This document shows positions 44,096 through 56,474 of a stretch of 64,000 bases of DNA, piece by piece (the first letter of the stretch is position 1; every line of letters starts with the position of its first letter). Location: assembly GCF_055900595.2 (NCBI RefSeq), contig NZ_CM148325.1. One strand, written 5' to 3'. Below the pieces are notes generated by a model. The model saw nothing but the letters and a program-made list of their open reading frames with translations, did no database searches and was not told the DNA's origin. The position numbers and the translations under genes were made by a program.

Positions 44096-45750
44096 TCCGC
44101 GCGACCGCGCGCCAGCCACAGCACGCGTGAGAACATTTTTTTCAGCAGCGTCGGTACGGAATCCACACCACGACGTCCTGCCTCCATTGCCACTTCAATG
44201 GCAAGATCGGGTTTGGAAGAGCGATGGATCGCTTTCGAGATAATTTTACGCAGATTCATCGGCACATTTTCCGGGATCTGCGCCACGCGGTGGAACACAT
44301 CGGAAAATCCCTGGCGATACATAAAATGTTCCATATCCAGCGCCGGTAACGCCGTTAAATGTTCTCGTTCGGCTTCCCGATCGTTATTCAACAGGCTGCG
44401 TACCGTAGCGGCATATTTCTTCCCTGCTTCATCGCCATCGACCAGTACATGCCATTCAATCCCCATCCGGCGGGCGAATTTAACCAGTGGCTTTAGCCCG
44501 GACTGGGCAAACTCAATGACCTTGATCCCTTCGGCATCAAAATGATGTCCACACTGACGCGCCAGTTCATTGATAACCCAGGTTTCCGTTTCGCCTTCCA
44601 CCAGCAGCCAGCAGCGAGCAAACAGCGATGACGGACGGTTAAAACGAATGTGGAAAGAGATACGTCGGCTGTCTTCGGTACTCAAGCCACTCGGACCCAA
44701 ACGCCAGGCGGCAACGCGAGAGGACTCACGTACCAGACGGCAAACATGCTCTACCGGCGTTAACGAAAGCAACTCACCCGAGTTGGTGGTGGCAATGCGC
44801 TGCAATGGCAGAAGATTCAACAGATGCCAGGCAACTGAAAGCATAATGGGGTGTAAACGGGTTTCTGGATCTTCGATCAGCAACAATGGACGGGCGTCTT
44901 TATCCAGTCGCAATGTGCCTTTTGCCTGCAATAAAGTAGCAAACAGGCCGAGCAAAATAACCCGATACGAGCGCCCTCCTGGTCGGTCAATCATCCGGTT
45001 GATGATATCCAGATAGCGCCAGCTTCGTTGCTCATTACTGGCCCGCCGCCGCATTAAACGATATCGCGCTTGTCCGGCCCCCTGTTCAGAGAAATAATGC
45101 TCAAGCAGCTGTACCATTGCGGAAAGTCCCTGACGAATCTGCCCATCAGAGAGATTTTGCGGATGTGAGGATAACTCACGGGCGAGGAAATCGAGCTGGC
45201 GCGCGGTGACTTCCACATTAGGGACATTTGGCACCGTGCCGTTACGAATACGGCGCATAAAACGGGCATCACGCAAGCGCAGCACCGGCATTAAACGCAC
45301 CAGATGGCGTGCCTGATCGTTAATATCCTCGACATCAATCGGATGTCCGTCTTTATCGAGAAAACTGCGGAGTGTCATCACACTGCCATCTTCCGCACTC
45401 TCTCCTTCCAGGCGATAAAAAATTCGATGATAACCATCGGTGCATGGCGTCCAGCACGCTTCCAGCGGCCGATAGCGGCGAACCCGATGTCGGCCTGGCA
45501 GCGATTCGCGGAAGGTCAAAATAATATGCAGATGATGTTCTCGCCCGTTGATATCTCCCGGCGGGAACCAGAAATCGTCGCGCTCAAAATGGTAGAGATC
45601 TGATTCTGGCGATAGCAGCAGAGTTAAGGCGTCCAGCAAGCTGGATTTACCCCACGCGTTCTCCCCAATCAGGACGTTGTTTTGTTCCAGCATCAACGAC
45701 AAACGGTTGATACCGCGAAAACCCACAATTTCAACGCGCTCAAGAATCAT
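44092..45750 (-). CDS. ybjD: OLD-family ATPase/nuclease homologue YbjD (AAA-like ATPase plus TOPRIM domain)
   Basis: 552 aa, MILERVEIVGFRGINRLSLMLEQNNVLIGENAWGKSSLLDALTLLL...; conserved position next to aqpZ. Confidence 0.8.
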   Translation of the reverse strand: MILERVEIVGFRGINRLSLMLEQNNVLIGENAWGKSSLLDALTLLLSPESDLYHFERDDFWFPPGDINGREHHLHIILTFRESLPGRHRVRRYRPLEACWTPCTDGYHRIFYRLEGESAEDGSVMTLRSFLDKDGHPIDVEDINDQARHLVRLMPVLRLRDARFMRRIRNGTVPNVPNVEVTARQLDFLARELSSHPQNLSDGQIRQGLSAMVQLLEHYFSEQGAGQARYRLMRRRASNEQRSWRYLDIINRMIDRPGGRSYRVILLGLFATLLQAKGTLRLDKDARPLLLIEDPETRLHPIMLSVAWHLLNLLPLQRIATTNSGELLSLTPVEHVCRLVRESSRVAAWRLGPSGLSTEDSRRISFHIRFNRPSSLFARCWLLVEGETETWVINELARQCGHHFDAEGIKVIEFAQSGLKPLVKFARRMGIEWHVLVDGDEAGKKYAATVRSLLNNDREAEREHLTALPALDMEHFMYRQGFSDVFHRVAQIPENVPMNLRKIISKAIHRSSKPDLAIEVAMEAGRRGVDSVPTLLKKMFSRVLWLARGRAD

Positions 45751-46175
45751 ATCCCCTCCAGAAATATGTGACTTATCCTTTACGCTGGCAGTATAACGGG
45801 AAAGGCCTTGCTAATACGTGATGACATCACATTTAAGCATGGCAAATGTCTGAAAAATGAGCGAATAATCGCGTTATACTCCCTCTTGCTGATAAGTCTG
45901 CAAAAACAACAAAATCAAATAATTAGCATGATAAATTATTTTTTATTACGCCTAAAGGATTAAATCTTTTGCTTGCACTACACTGTCAATCAGACAAATG
46001 ACTATATGGGGCAACCCGCTGTTGCCCTAAATCAAATTTACTGGATTTATTTATCTGGTGAATGACTCGCCTTCGTTTTTAAAATAGCCGCGCATTATTT
46101 CCGTCGTCACTTTTTTACGACGACCCTATAAAACGACCATATTTTTCACAGGGTCAATTTTTAATTGAGGTGGAT

Positions 46176-46871
46176 ATGTTCAGAAAATTAGCAGCTGAAT
46201 GTTTTGGTACTTTCTGGCTTGTTTTTGGTGGCTGTGGTAGTGCCGTACTGGCCGCAGGCTTCCCGGAATTAGGCATTGGTTTTGCCGGCGTGGCGCTGGC
46301 ATTCGGTTTAACCGTTCTGACGATGGCCTTCGCTGTTGGTCATATTTCTGGTGGTCATTTTAACCCGGCGGTCACTATTGGCTTATGGGCTGGCGGACGT
46401 TTTCCGGCAAAAGAAGTCGTTGGCTACGTAATTGCCCAGGTTGTCGGCGGTATTGTTGCAGCGGCGCTGCTGTATTTAATTGCCAGTGGTAAAACGGGAT
46501 TTGACGCGGCAGCCAGCGGTTTTGCTTCTAACGGTTATGGCGAGCATTCACCAGGCGGTTATTCCATGCTTTCCGCGCTGGTAGTTGAACTGGTATTGAG
46601 TGCAGGTTTCTTGCTGGTGATCCACGGCGCAACCGACAAATTCGCTCCGGCGGGTTTTGCACCAATTGCCATTGGTCTGGCATTAACGCTGATTCACTTA
46701 ATCAGTATTCCGGTGACTAACACTTCCGTTAACCCGGCGCGCAGTACTGCGGTTGCCATCTTCCAGGGCGGCTGGGCGTTAGAACAACTGTGGTTCTTCT
46801 GGGTAGTGCCAATTATCGGCGGTATTATCGGTGGTCTGATTTACCGGACTCTGCTGGAAAAACGTAATTAA
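46176..46871 (+). CDS. aqpZ: Aquaporin Z
   Basis: 231 aa from [21 protein letters not shown]; two NPA motifs (HFNPAVT, VNPARS). Confidence 0.95.
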   Translation: MFRKLAAECFGTFWLVFGGCGSAVLAAGFPELGIGFAGVALAFGLTVLTMAFAVGHISGGHFNPAVTIGLWAGGRFPAKEVVGYVIAQVVGGIVAAALLYLIASGKTGFDAAASGFASNGYGEHSPGGYSMLSALVVELVLSAGFLLVIHGATDKFAPAGFAPIAIGLALTLIHLISIPVTNTSVNPARSTAVAIFQGGWALEQLWFFWVVPIIGGIIGGLIYRTLLEKRN

Positions 46872-46880
46872 TTAACGCAG

Positions 46881-46910
46881 AAGGCCTGGCGCAATGTCAG
46901 GCCTTTTTTA
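46881..46910 (+). terminator. aqpZ intrinsic terminator
   Basis: aggcctg gcgcaatgt caggcct followed by tttttta. Confidence 0.55.
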
Positions 46911-47355
46911 AATATATTGATTCATCTTCCTGTTGCGCTCCTTGATGTGTTAAGCCACATATAGTCACTGGCGCAGGGAGCGCGCAGGGGGCGGCCAATC
47001 GCCGCCGCCCCCTGCCCCCCCGGGCTCTGGCGAACAAAATCGCCGCTGCGCGGTGCCCTCGACTTATCCCTTGCGGCTACCGGGTCGGGCGCGAGGTAAC
47101 ATCCCGGTAAAACGCGCCCTCAGCCCACATCCATGTGGGCTGCCCCGGCCTTCAGGGAACGCCTCGGCGATTTTGACGCCACCAACACCGGTGCGGTTTG
47201 TAATTAAAGCGCAAGAATATCTTTAAATGAAAATGAATACCCTACCGATCCTTATGCATAACATTTCCTTTTAATTGCAACTTTACTCGTCCTTCCGCTT
47301 TCAGTAGTGTGTCATCGCGCATTTCGACTTCTTTCTTTGCAAGGACTGGTTTTTC

Positions 47356-48255
47356 ATGTTTTCTGGGCTGTTAATCATTCTGGTTCCCCTGATTGTGGGT
47401 TACCTCATTCCGCTTCGCCAAAAAGCTGCATTAAAGGTTATTAATCAGCTATTAAGCTGGATGGTTTACCTTATTCTCTTTTTTATGGGTATCAGTCTGG
47501 CGTTTCTCGATAACCTCGCCAGTAACCTGTTGGCGATTCTGCATTATTCCGCCGTCAGTATTACCGTTATTTTACTGTGTAATATTGCCGCCCTGATGTG
47601 GCTGGAGCGAGGCCTACCGTGGCGCAACCACCATCAGCAAGAAAAACTCCCGTCACGTATTGCGATGGCGCTGGAGTCCCTCAAGCTCTGCGGTGTGGTG
47701 GTGATTGGCTTTGCTATTGGCCTTAGCGGATTAGGTTTCTTACAACACGCTACGGAAGCCAGCGAATACACGTTAATTCTGCTACTTTTCCTCGTCGGTA
47801 TTCAGTTGCGCAATAATGGCATGACCTTAAAGCAGATTGTCCTTAATCGCCGGGGAATGATTGTCGCTGTGGTGGTGGTGGCCAGTTCTTTAATTGGTGG
47901 TTTAATTAACGCCTTTATTCTTGATCTTCCCATCAATACCGCGCTGGCAATGGCTTCCGGTTTCGGCTGGTATTCTCTTTCCGGTATTTTATTGACCGAA
48001 TCTTTTGGTCCGGTAATCGGGAGCGCGGCGTTTTTTAATGATTTGGCCCGTGAGCTGATTGCTATTATGTTGATCCCTGGGCTGATTCGCCGTAGCCGCT
48101 CGACTGCACTGGGCTTATGCGGTGCAACCTCGATGGATTTCACCCTGCCCGTTCTTCAACGTACTGGCGGGCTGGATATGGTCCCGGCGGCGATTGTTCA
48201 CGGTTTTATTCTCAGCCTGTTAGTACCTATCCTCATCGCCTTTTTCTCCGCGTAA
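47356..48255 (+). CDS. lysO: Lysine exporter LysO (YbjE)
   Basis: 299-aa polytopic membrane protein in the conserved position between aqpZ and hcp. Confidence 0.85.
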   Translation: MFSGLLIILVPLIVGYLIPLRQKAALKVINQLLSWMVYLILFFMGISLAFLDNLASNLLAILHYSAVSITVILLCNIAALMWLERGLPWRNHHQQEKLPSRIAMALESLKLCGVVVIGFAIGLSGLGFLQHATEASEYTLILLLFLVGIQLRNNGMTLKQIVLNRRGMIVAVVVVASSLIGGLINAFILDLPINTALAMASGFGWYSLSGILLTESFGPVIGSAAFFNDLARELIAIMLIPGLIRRSRSTALGLCGATSMDFTLPVLQRTGGLDMVPAAIVHGFILSLLVPILIAFFSA

Positions 48256-48398
48256 TACCTCTCTGGCGGTAGATCCCTGCCGCCAAAATTGCGCTAAATC
48301 AATCTCCCTTAAAGTTGGATGAAAAATCCCTTTTATCCCCGTGTTAAGCGTCTTAATCTTAAACATGTATATTAAATATAACTTTAAAAGGTGTGATC

Positions 48399-50051
48399 AT
48401 GTTTTGTGTGCAATGTGAACAAACTATCCGTACTCCGGCAGGAAACGGCTGCTCATACGCGCAGGGGATGTGTGGTAAAACGGCGGAAACCTCTGACCTT
48501 CAGGATTTACTCATTGCGGCGCTGCAAGGGCTTTCGGCCTGGGCGGTAAAAGCGCGTGAATACGGCATCATCAACCACGATGTAGACAGCTTCGCGCCGC
48601 GCGCATTTTTCTCAACTCTGACTAACGTTAACTTCGATTCTCCGCGTATTGTCGGCTACGCTCGTGAAGCAATTGCCCTGCGCGAGGCGCTGAAAGCACA
48701 GTGCCTGGCTGTAGATGCCAACGCCCACGTCGATAACCCGATGGCTGACCTGCAACTGGTGAGTGACGATCTCGGCGAACTGCAACGTCAGGCGGCGGAA
48801 TTTACTCCCAATAAAGATAAAGCGGCGATTGGCGAAAACATTCTCGGCCTGCGTCTGCTCTGCCTGTATGGCCTGAAAGGTGCTGCCGCCTATATGGAAC
48901 ACGCGCACGTTCTCGGTCAATATGACAACGATATTTACGCCCAGTACCATAAAATCATGGCATGGCTGGGTACCTGGCCTGCCGATATGAACGCACTTCT
49001 CGAGTGCTCCATGGAAATCGGCCAGATGAACTTCAAAGTGATGAGCATTCTGGACGCAGGCGAAACCGGTAAATACGGTCACCCGACGCCAACTCAGGTC
49101 AACGTCAAAGCGACGGCGGGTAAATGCATTCTGATTTCCGGTCACGATCTCAAAGATCTCTACAACTTGCTGGAACAGACCGAAGGCACGGGCGTTAATG
49201 TCTACACTCACGGCGAAATGCTGCCTGCCCACGGCTACCCGGAGCTGCGTAAATTCAAGCATCTGGTCGGTAACTACGGCAGCGGCTGGCAGAATCAGCA
49301 AGTAGAGTTCGCTCGCTTCCCTGGACCTATCGTGATGACCTCGAACTGCATCATCGACCCAACCGTAGGGGCTTATGACGATCGTATCTGGACCCGCAGC
49401 ATCGTTGGCTGGCCGGGTGTGCGTCATCTGGATGGTGATGATTTCTCAGCAGTTATTGCCCAGGCACAACAAATGGCGGGCTTCCCGTACAGCGAAATTC
49501 CGCACCTGATCACCGTGGGCTTTGGTCGTCAGACGCTGCTTGGCGCGGCGGATACGCTGATTGATCTGGTGAGCCGTGAAAAACTGCGTCATATCTTCCT
49601 GCTCGGTGGCTGTGACGGCGCACGCGGCGAGCGCCACTACTTCACCGATTTCGCCACCAGCGTGCCAGATGACTGCCTGATCCTGACTCTCGCCTGCGGT
49701 AAATATCGCTTTAACAAACTTGAGTTCGGCGATATCGAAGGTCTGCCGCGTCTGGTAGATGCTGGTCAATGTAACGATGCTTACTCAGCGATTATTCTGG
49801 CTGTCACTTTGGCAGAAAAACTGGGCTGCGGTGTCAACGATCTGCCGTTGTCGCTGGTACTCTCCTGGTTCGAACAAAAAGCGATTGTTATTCTGCTGAC
49901 GCTGCTTTCTTTGGGCGTGAAAAATATCGTTACCGGCCCGACTGCACCTGGCTTCCTGACGCCAGACCTGCTGGCGGTACTGAACGAGAAATTCGGCCTG
50001 CGTTCTATCACCACTGTTGAAGAAGATATGAAGCAACTGTTGAGCGCGTAA
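48399..50051 (+). CDS. hcp: Hydroxylamine reductase (hybrid-cluster protein)
   Basis: 550 aa from [28 protein letters not shown] (N-terminal Cys cluster). Confidence 0.92.
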   Translation: MFCVQCEQTIRTPAGNGCSYAQGMCGKTAETSDLQDLLIAALQGLSAWAVKAREYGIINHDVDSFAPRAFFSTLTNVNFDSPRIVGYAREAIALREALKAQCLAVDANAHVDNPMADLQLVSDDLGELQRQAAEFTPNKDKAAIGENILGLRLLCLYGLKGAAAYMEHAHVLGQYDNDIYAQYHKIMAWLGTWPADMNALLECSMEIGQMNFKVMSILDAGETGKYGHPTPTQVNVKATAGKCILISGHDLKDLYNLLEQTEGTGVNVYTHGEMLPAHGYPELRKFKHLVGNYGSGWQNQQVEFARFPGPIVMTSNCIIDPTVGAYDDRIWTRSIVGWPGVRHLDGDDFSAVIAQAQQMAGFPYSEIPHLITVGFGRQTLLGAADTLIDLVSREKLRHIFLLGGCDGARGERHYFTDFATSVPDDCLILTLACGKYRFNKLEFGDIEGLPRLVDAGQCNDAYSAIILAVTLAEKLGCGVNDLPLSLVLSWFEQKAIVILLTLLSLGVKNIVTGPTAPGFLTPDLLAVLNEKFGLRSITTVEEDMKQLLSA

Positions 50052-50062
50052 GGAGTTTGTCG

Positions 50063-51031
50063 ATGACGATGCCAACCAATCAATGCCCCTGGCGGATGCA
50101 GGTTCATCACATTACGCAAGAAACGCCGGATGTGTGGACGATTTCCCTGATTTGCCACGATTACTACCCATATCGCGCCGGGCAATATGCACTGGTCAGC
50201 GTGCGAAACTCAGCGGAAACGCTGCGTGCTTACACCATTTCCTCCACGCCAGGCGTGAGTGAATACATCACTCTGACCGTGCGGCGGATTGATGACGGTG
50301 TCGGTTCCCAGTGGCTGACCCGCGATGTAAAACGCGGTGACTACCTCTGGCTTTCGGACGCGATGGGGGAATTTACCTGCGACGATAAAGCAGAAGATAA
50401 ATTCCTGTTGCTGGCGGCCGGTTGCGGCGTCACACCGATTATGTCGATGCGTCGCTGGCTGGCGAAAAATCGCCCGCAGGCGGATGTGCAGGTGATCTAC
50501 AACGTGCGTACGCCGCAGGATGTCATTTTCGCGGATGAGTGGCGTAATTACCCGGTGACACTGGTAGCGGAAAACGATGTTACGGAGGGATTCGTTGCCG
50601 GACGTCTGACACGTGAACTGCTGACAAGCGTTCCTGATTTAGCCTCTCGTACTGTGATGACCTGTGGCCCGGCTCCGTATATGGATTGGGTAGAACAGGA
50701 AGTGAAAGCGCTCGGCGTGACGCGTTTCTTTAAAGAGAAGTTCTTTACGCCAGTGGCGGAAGCAGCAACCAGCGGTCTGAAATTCACCAAACTGCAACCG
50801 GCGCAAGAATTTTACGCACCTGTTGGCACCACACTGCTGGAGGCTTTGGAAAGCAACAAAGTTCCGGTTGTCGCCGCCTGCCGTGCGGGTGTTTGCGGCT
50901 GCTGTAAAACGAAGGTGGTTTCCGGTGAATATACGGTGAGCAGCACGATGACGCTGACCGACGCCGAAATCGCTGAAGGTTACGTACTGGCCTGCTCCTG
51001 CCATCCGCAGGGGGATTTGGTTCTCGCATAA
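50063..51031 (+). CDS. hcr: NADH oxidoreductase for Hcp (FAD/NAD-binding, 2Fe-2S)
   Basis: 322 aa; C-terminal CRAGVCGCC ferredoxin motif; immediately downstream of hcp. Confidence 0.9.
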   Translation: MTMPTNQCPWRMQVHHITQETPDVWTISLICHDYYPYRAGQYALVSVRNSAETLRAYTISSTPGVSEYITLTVRRIDDGVGSQWLTRDVKRGDYLWLSDAMGEFTCDDKAEDKFLLLAAGCGVTPIMSMRRWLAKNRPQADVQVIYNVRTPQDVIFADEWRNYPVTLVAENDVTEGFVAGRLTRELLTSVPDLASRTVMTCGPAPYMDWVEQEVKALGVTRFFKEKFFTPVAEAATSGLKFTKLQPAQEFYAPVGTTLLEALESNKVPVVAACRAGVCGCCKTKVVSGEYTVSSTMTLTDAEIAEGYVLACSCHPQGDLVLA

Positions 51032-51163
51032 TCGTATTATGCCCGATGATATACCTGTCATCGGGCAGTTTAACCGTTAGTGCCTCATTTTTCTCCCATC
51101 TCTTCCCCCTCCGTCAGATGAACTAAACTTGTTACCGTTATCACATTCAGGAGATGGAGAACC

Positions 51164-52882
51164 ATGAAACAAACGGTTGCAGCTTATATCGCCAAAACAC
51201 TCGAATCAGCAGGGGTAAAACGCATTTGGGGAGTGACTGGCGACTCTCTGAACGGTCTTAGCGACAGTCTTAATCGCATGGGCACCATCGAGTGGATGTC
51301 CACCCGTCATGAAGAAGTGGCGGCCTTTGCCGCTGGCGCTGAAGCCCAACTTAGCGGGGAACTGGCGGTCTGCGCCGGATCATGCGGACCTGGCAACCTG
51401 CACTTAATCAATGGTTTGTTCGATTGTCACCGTAATCACGTTCCGGTACTGGCAATTGCCGCTCATATCCCTTCCAGCGAAATTGGCAGCGGCTATTTCC
51501 AGGAAACCCACCCGCAAGAGTTATTCCGCGAATGTAGCCATTATTGCGAGCTGGTTTCCAGCCCGGAGCAGATCCCACAAGTGCTGGCGATTGCTATGCG
51601 TAAAGCGGTGTTAAACCGTGGCGTTTCCGTTGTCGTGTTACCGGGCGACGTGGCGTTAAAACCGGCACCGGAAGGGGCAACCACGCACTGGTATCATGCG
51701 CCACAACCAGTCGTCACCCCAGAAGAGGAAGAGTTACGCAAACTGGCGCAACTGCTGCGTTACTCCAGCAATATCGCTCTGATGTGTGGCAGCGGTTGCG
51801 CGGGGGCGCATAAAGAGCTCGTCGAGTTTGCCGGAAAAATTAAAGCGCCTATTGTTCATGCCCTGCGCGGTAAAGAACATGTCGAATACGATAATCCGTA
51901 TGATGTCGGAATGACGGGATTAATCGGCTTCTCGTCAGGTTTTCATACCATGATGAACGCCGACACGTTAGTGCTGCTCGGCACCCAATTCCCCTACCGT
52001 GCGTTCTACCCGACCGATGCCAAAATTATTCAGATTGATATCAACCCGGCCAGCATCGGCGCGCACAGTAAGGTGGATATGGCACTGGTCGGTGATATCA
52101 AATCGACTCTGCGTGCATTGCTGCCTTTAGTGGAAGAAAAAACCGATCGCAAATTTCTGGATAAAGCGCTGGAAGATTACCGCGATGCCCGCAAAGGGCT
52201 GGACGATTTAGCTAAACCGAGTGAGAAAGCCATTCACCCGCAATATCTGGCGCAGCAAATTAGCCATTTTGCTGCCGATGACGCCATTTTCACCTGTGAT
52301 GTCGGCACACCAACGGTATGGGCGGCGCGTTATCTGAAAATGAACGGCAAGCGCCGCCTGTTAGGTTCGTTTAACCACGGTTCAATGGCCAACGCCATGC
52401 CGCAGGCGCTGGGTGCTCAGGCGACAGAGCCAGAACGTCAGGTGGTCGCCATGTGCGGTGATGGTGGTTTCAGTATGTTGATGGGCGATTTTCTCTCAGT
52501 GGTACAAATGAAGCTGCCAGTGAAAATTATCGTCTTTAACAACAGCGTGCTGGGCTTTGTAGCGATGGAGATGAAAGCCGGAGGCTACCTGACTGACGGC
52601 ACCGAACTGCACGACACCAACTTTGCCCGCATTGCTGAAGCGTGCGGTATTACGGGCATCCGCGTAGAAAAAGCCGCTGAAGTCGATGAAGCCTTGCAAC
52701 GCGCCTTTTCCATCGACGGCCCGGTGCTGGTGGATGTGGTAGTCGCGAAAGAAGAGTTAGCCATTCCGCCGCAGATCAAACTCGAACAGGCCAAAGGATT
52801 TAGCCTGTATATGTTGCGCGCAATCATCAGCGGACGCGGTGACGAAGTGATCGAACTGGCGAAAACGAACTGGCTAAGGTAA
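51164..52882 (+). CDS. poxB: Pyruvate oxidase (ubiquinone-dependent, ThDP/FAD)
   Basis: 572 aa, [32 protein letters not shown]... Confidence 0.95.
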   Translation: MKQTVAAYIAKTLESAGVKRIWGVTGDSLNGLSDSLNRMGTIEWMSTRHEEVAAFAAGAEAQLSGELAVCAGSCGPGNLHLINGLFDCHRNHVPVLAIAAHIPSSEIGSGYFQETHPQELFRECSHYCELVSSPEQIPQVLAIAMRKAVLNRGVSVVVLPGDVALKPAPEGATTHWYHAPQPVVTPEEEELRKLAQLLRYSSNIALMCGSGCAGAHKELVEFAGKIKAPIVHALRGKEHVEYDNPYDVGMTGLIGFSSGFHTMMNADTLVLLGTQFPYRAFYPTDAKIIQIDINPASIGAHSKVDMALVGDIKSTLRALLPLVEEKTDRKFLDKALEDYRDARKGLDDLAKPSEKAIHPQYLAQQISHFAADDAIFTCDVGTPTVWAARYLKMNGKRRLLGSFNHGSMANAMPQALGAQATEPERQVVAMCGDGGFSMLMGDFLSVVQMKLPVKIIVFNNSVLGFVAMEMKAGGYLTDGTELHDTNFARIAEACGITGIRVEKAAEVDEALQRAFSIDGPVLVDVVVAKEELAIPPQIKLEQAKGFSLYMLRAIISGRGDEVIELAKTNWLR

Positions 52883-52919
52883 AAAGGGTGGCATTTCCTG
52901 TCATAAATAAGGACATGCC

Positions 52920-53921
52920 ATGATTGATTTACGCAGTGATACCGTTACCCGACCGAGCCGCGCCATGCTCGAAGCAATGATGGCCGCCCCGGTTGGGGAC
53001 GACGTTTACGGAGACGACCCTACCGTTAATGCTCTGCAGGACTATGCGGCAGAGCTTTCCGGGAAAGAAGCCGCCATTTTTCTGCCTACCGGCACTCAGG
53101 CCAACCTGGTCGCTCTGCTCAGTCACTGCGAGCGCGGCGAAGAGTATATTGTCGGTCAGGCCGCGCATAACTATCTGTTTGAAGCCGGTGGCGCAGCGGT
53201 GCTGGGCAGTATTCAGCCGCAACCCATCGATGCTGACGCCGACGGTACGCTACCGCTGGATAAAGTCGCCATGAAAATCAAACCCGACGATATCCATTTC
53301 GCCCGCACCAAATTACTCAGTCTGGAAAACACCCACAATGGAAAAGTGCTGCCGCGGGAATACCTGAAAGAAGCATGGGAATTTACTCGCGAGCGCAATC
53401 TGGCACTGCATGTTGACGGTGCGCGCATCTTTAATGCCGTGGTGGCTTACGGCTGCGAACTGAAAGAGATCACGCAATATTGTGATTCGTTCACCATTTG
53501 TCTGTCGAAAGGTCTTGGTACGCCAGTCGGTTCATTACTGGTCGGCAATCGTGATTACATTAAACGCGCCATCCGCTGGCGGAAAATGACTGGCGGCGGG
53601 ATGCGTCAATCCGGCATTCTGGCTGCCGCAGGGATGTATGCGCTGAAAAATAACGTCGCACGCTTGCAGGAAGACCACGACAACGCAGCCTGGATGGCGG
53701 AGCAGTTGCGTGAAGCAGGCGCGGATGTGATGCGTCAGGACACCAATATGCTGTTTGTTCGCGTCGGACAAGAAAATGCTGCCGCGTTAGGCGAATACAT
53801 GAAAGCGAGAAACGTACTGATTAACGCCTCGCCGATTGTCCGCCTGGTAACCCATCTTGATGTCTCGCGTGAACAACTGGCAGAAGTCGCAGCCCACTGG
53901 CGCGCTTTCCTGGCGCGTTAA
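52920..53921 (+). CDS. ltaE: Low-specificity L-threonine aldolase
   Basis: 333 aa, [40 protein letters not shown]... Confidence 0.9.
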   Translation: MIDLRSDTVTRPSRAMLEAMMAAPVGDDVYGDDPTVNALQDYAAELSGKEAAIFLPTGTQANLVALLSHCERGEEYIVGQAAHNYLFEAGGAAVLGSIQPQPIDADADGTLPLDKVAMKIKPDDIHFARTKLLSLENTHNGKVLPREYLKEAWEFTRERNLALHVDGARIFNAVVAYGCELKEITQYCDSFTICLSKGLGTPVGSLLVGNRDYIKRAIRWRKMTGGGMRQSGILAAAGMYALKNNVARLQEDHDNAAWMAEQLREAGADVMRQDTNMLFVRVGQENAAALGEYMKARNVLINASPIVRLVTHLDVSREQLAEVAAHWRAFLAR

Positions 53922-53931
53922 GGAGAGAGAC

Positions 53932-55362
53932 GTGCCGCAACGCATTTTAGTTCTCGGTGCCAGTGGCTATATTGGTCAGCATCTGGTGCACGCGCTCAGC
54001 CAACAAGGGCATCAGATCCTGGCGGCAGCACGTCACGTCGACAGGCTTGCAAAACTGCAACTGGCAAACGTCAGTTGCCATAAAGTCGATCTCAGCTGGC
54101 CGGATAACCTTCCGGCCCTGTTGCAGAATATCGATACCGTCTATTTTCTGGTGCACAGCATGGGCGAAGGCGGCGATTTTATCGCTCAGGAACGCCAGGT
54201 AGCTCTTAACGTCCGCGATGCGCTGCGCGAAGCACCGGTTAAACAATTAATCTTTCTGAGTTCATTGCAGGCCCCGCCTCACGAGCAGTCGGACCATCTG
54301 CGCGCCCGTCAGGCTACGGCGGATATTCTTCGTGAAGCGGGTGTCCCGGTGACCGAATTGCGTGCCGGAATTATCGTTGGCGCAGGTTCAGCGGCGTTCG
54401 AAGTTATGCGCGATATGGTCTACAACCTGGCGGTGTTAACCCCGCCGCGTTGGGTTCGTTCACGCACCACGCCCATTGCACTGGAAAACCTGCTGCATTA
54501 TCTGGTGGCGTTACTGGACCATCCAGCCTGGGAACATCGCATTTTCGAAGCCGCCGGACCAGAGGTGCTCAGTTATCAACAACAGTTTGAACATTTTATG
54601 GCGGTGAGCGGTAAGCGCCGCTGGTTAATCCCCATCCCCTTTCCCACCCGCTGGATTTCGGTGTGGTTTCTCAATGTGATTACTTCCGTACCGTCAACCA
54701 CCGCCAAAGCGTTGATTCAGGGGCTGAAACACGATCTGCTGGCGGATGACACCGCGCTACGTGCACTCATTCCACAACAACTGATCGCTTTCGATGACGC
54801 GGTACGTCGCACGTTGAAAGAAGAAGAAAAGCTGGTCAACTCCAGCGACTGGGGATACGACGCTCAGGCCTTTGCCCGCTGGCGACCGGAGTACGGTTAT
54901 TTCGCCAAACAGGCGGGGTTTACCGTTAAAACGTCCGCCAGCCTTGCGGCTTTATGGCAGGTGGTGAATCAAATCGGCGGTAAAGAGCGTTATTTCTTTG
55001 GCAATATTTTGTGGCAAACCCGGGCGTTGATGGACCGCGCGATCGGTCATAAGCTGGCGAAAGGCCGCCCGGAGCGTGAATATTTGCAGACCGGAGATGC
55101 GGTGGATAGCTGGAAAGTGATTGTCGTTGAACCGGAAAAACAACTTACGCTGTTATTTGGCATGAAAGCGCCGGGGCTGGGACGACTGTGTTTTACCCTG
55201 GAAGATAAAGGTGACTATCGTACTATCGATGTTCGCGCATTCTGGCATCCGCACGGTATGCCGGGGCTGTTTTACTGGTTATTGATGATCCCCGCGCATC
55301 TGTTTATTTTTCGCGGAATGGCAAAACGAATCGCCAGACTGGCAGAACAAAGCACAGATTAA
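53932..55362 (+). CDS. ybjT: NAD(P)-binding Rossmann-fold protein YbjT
   Basis: GTG start at 53932 preceded by aggagagag gives 476 aa ([18 protein letters not shown]...); the longer track ORF from 53857 would overlap ltaE and is rejected. Confidence 0.75.
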   Translation: MPQRILVLGASGYIGQHLVHALSQQGHQILAAARHVDRLAKLQLANVSCHKVDLSWPDNLPALLQNIDTVYFLVHSMGEGGDFIAQERQVALNVRDALREAPVKQLIFLSSLQAPPHEQSDHLRARQATADILREAGVPVTELRAGIIVGAGSAAFEVMRDMVYNLAVLTPPRWVRSRTTPIALENLLHYLVALLDHPAWEHRIFEAAGPEVLSYQQQFEHFMAVSGKRRWLIPIPFPTRWISVWFLNVITSVPSTTAKALIQGLKHDLLADDTALRALIPQQLIAFDDAVRRTLKEEEKLVNSSDWGYDAQAFARWRPEYGYFAKQAGFTVKTSASLAALWQVVNQIGGKERYFFGNILWQTRALMDRAIGHKLAKGRPEREYLQTGDAVDSWKVIVVEPEKQLTLLFGMKAPGLGRLCFTLEDKGDYRTIDVRAFWHPHGMPGLFYWLLMIPAHLFIFRGMAKRIARLAEQSTD

Positions 55363-55460
55363 TCGACAAAACCTGCGTTATTCTTTCATGTTTCCCATTG
55401 CATCAAGGGGGAAATCACGGAAGAATGCGCACGTCATTTTCTCAACAACAGTGGATTGAT

Positions 55461-56474
55461 ATGAAGGTACTGGTTACCGGCGCCACCAGCGGCTTAGGTC
55501 GAAACGCGGTAGAGTTTTTATGCCAGAAAGGCATCAGCGTGCGTGCGACCGGTCGCAACGAGGCAATGGGTAAATTGCTGGAAAAAATGGGCGCAGAGTT
55601 TGTTCCAGCGGATCTGACCGAGCTGGTCTCATCACAAGCTAAAGTGATGCTCGCAGGCATTGATACGTTGTGGCACTGCTCCAGCTTTACCTCTCCGTGG
55701 GGGACACAACAGGCTTTCGATCTGGCTAACGTTCGCGCCACTCGCCGTCTGGGTGAATGGGCTGTCGCCTGGGGAGTACGTAACTTTATTCATATCTCTT
55801 CCCCCTCCCTGTACTTCGATTATCACCACCATCGCGATATTAAAGAAGATTTTCGCCCTCACCGCTTCGCTAACGAGTTTGCCCGCAGCAAGGCGGCCAG
55901 CGAAGAAGTGATCAATATGCTTTCGCAGGCGAATCCACAAACACGCTTTACTATTTTACGCCCACAAAGTCTGTTCGGGCCGCACGATAAAGTCTTTATT
56001 CCCCGTCTGGCGCATATGATGCACCACTACGGCAGCATTCTGTTACCACACGGCGGCAGTGCGCTGGTCGATATGACGTACTATGAAAATGCCGTGCACG
56101 CCATGTGGCTGGCAAGTCAGGAAGCCTGCGATAAGCTGCCTTCCGGGCGAGCATATAACATTACCAACGGCGAGCATCGCACTCTACGCAGCATCGTGCA
56201 AAAACTGATCGACGAGTTGAATATTGACTGTCGTATTCGTTCCGTCCCCTACCCGATGCTGGATATGATCGCCCGCAGCATGGAGCGTTTAGGCCGCAAG
56301 TCAGCAAAAGAGCCGCCGCTGACCCACTACGGCGTCTCCAAGTTGAATTTTGACTTTACGCTGGATATTACGCGTGCGCAGGAAGAGTTAGGTTATCAAC
56401 CAGTCCTCACCCTGGATGAAGGTATCGAGAAAACTGCCGCCTGGCTACGCGACCACGGAAAACTGCCGCGCTAA
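55461..56474 (+). CDS. ybjS: NAD-dependent epimerase/dehydratase-family protein YbjS
   Basis: Internal [20 protein letters not shown]... gives 337 aa with a Rossmann GxxGxxG motif. Confidence 0.75.
   Translation: MKVLVTGATSGLGRNAVEFLCQKGISVRATGRNEAMGKLLEKMGAEFVPADLTELVSSQAKVMLAGIDTLWHCSSFTSPWGTQQAFDLANVRATRRLGEWAVAWGVRNFIHISSPSLYFDYHHHRDIKEDFRPHRFANEFARSKAASEEVINMLSQANPQTRFTILRPQSLFGPHDKVFIPRLAHMMHHYGSILLPHGGSALVDMTYYENAVHAMWLASQEACDKLPSGRAYNITNGEHRTLRSIVQKLIDELNIDCRIRSVPYPMLDMIARSMERLGRKSAKEPPLTHYGVSKLNFDFTLDITRAQEELGYQPVLTLDEGIEKTAAWLRDHGKLPR

Noticed and set aside
53857-53931. ybjT start at 53857, overlapping the last 65 nt of ltaE
   Set aside because: A GTG at 53932 with an upstream aggagagag motif gives the expected 476-aa protein without overlap.
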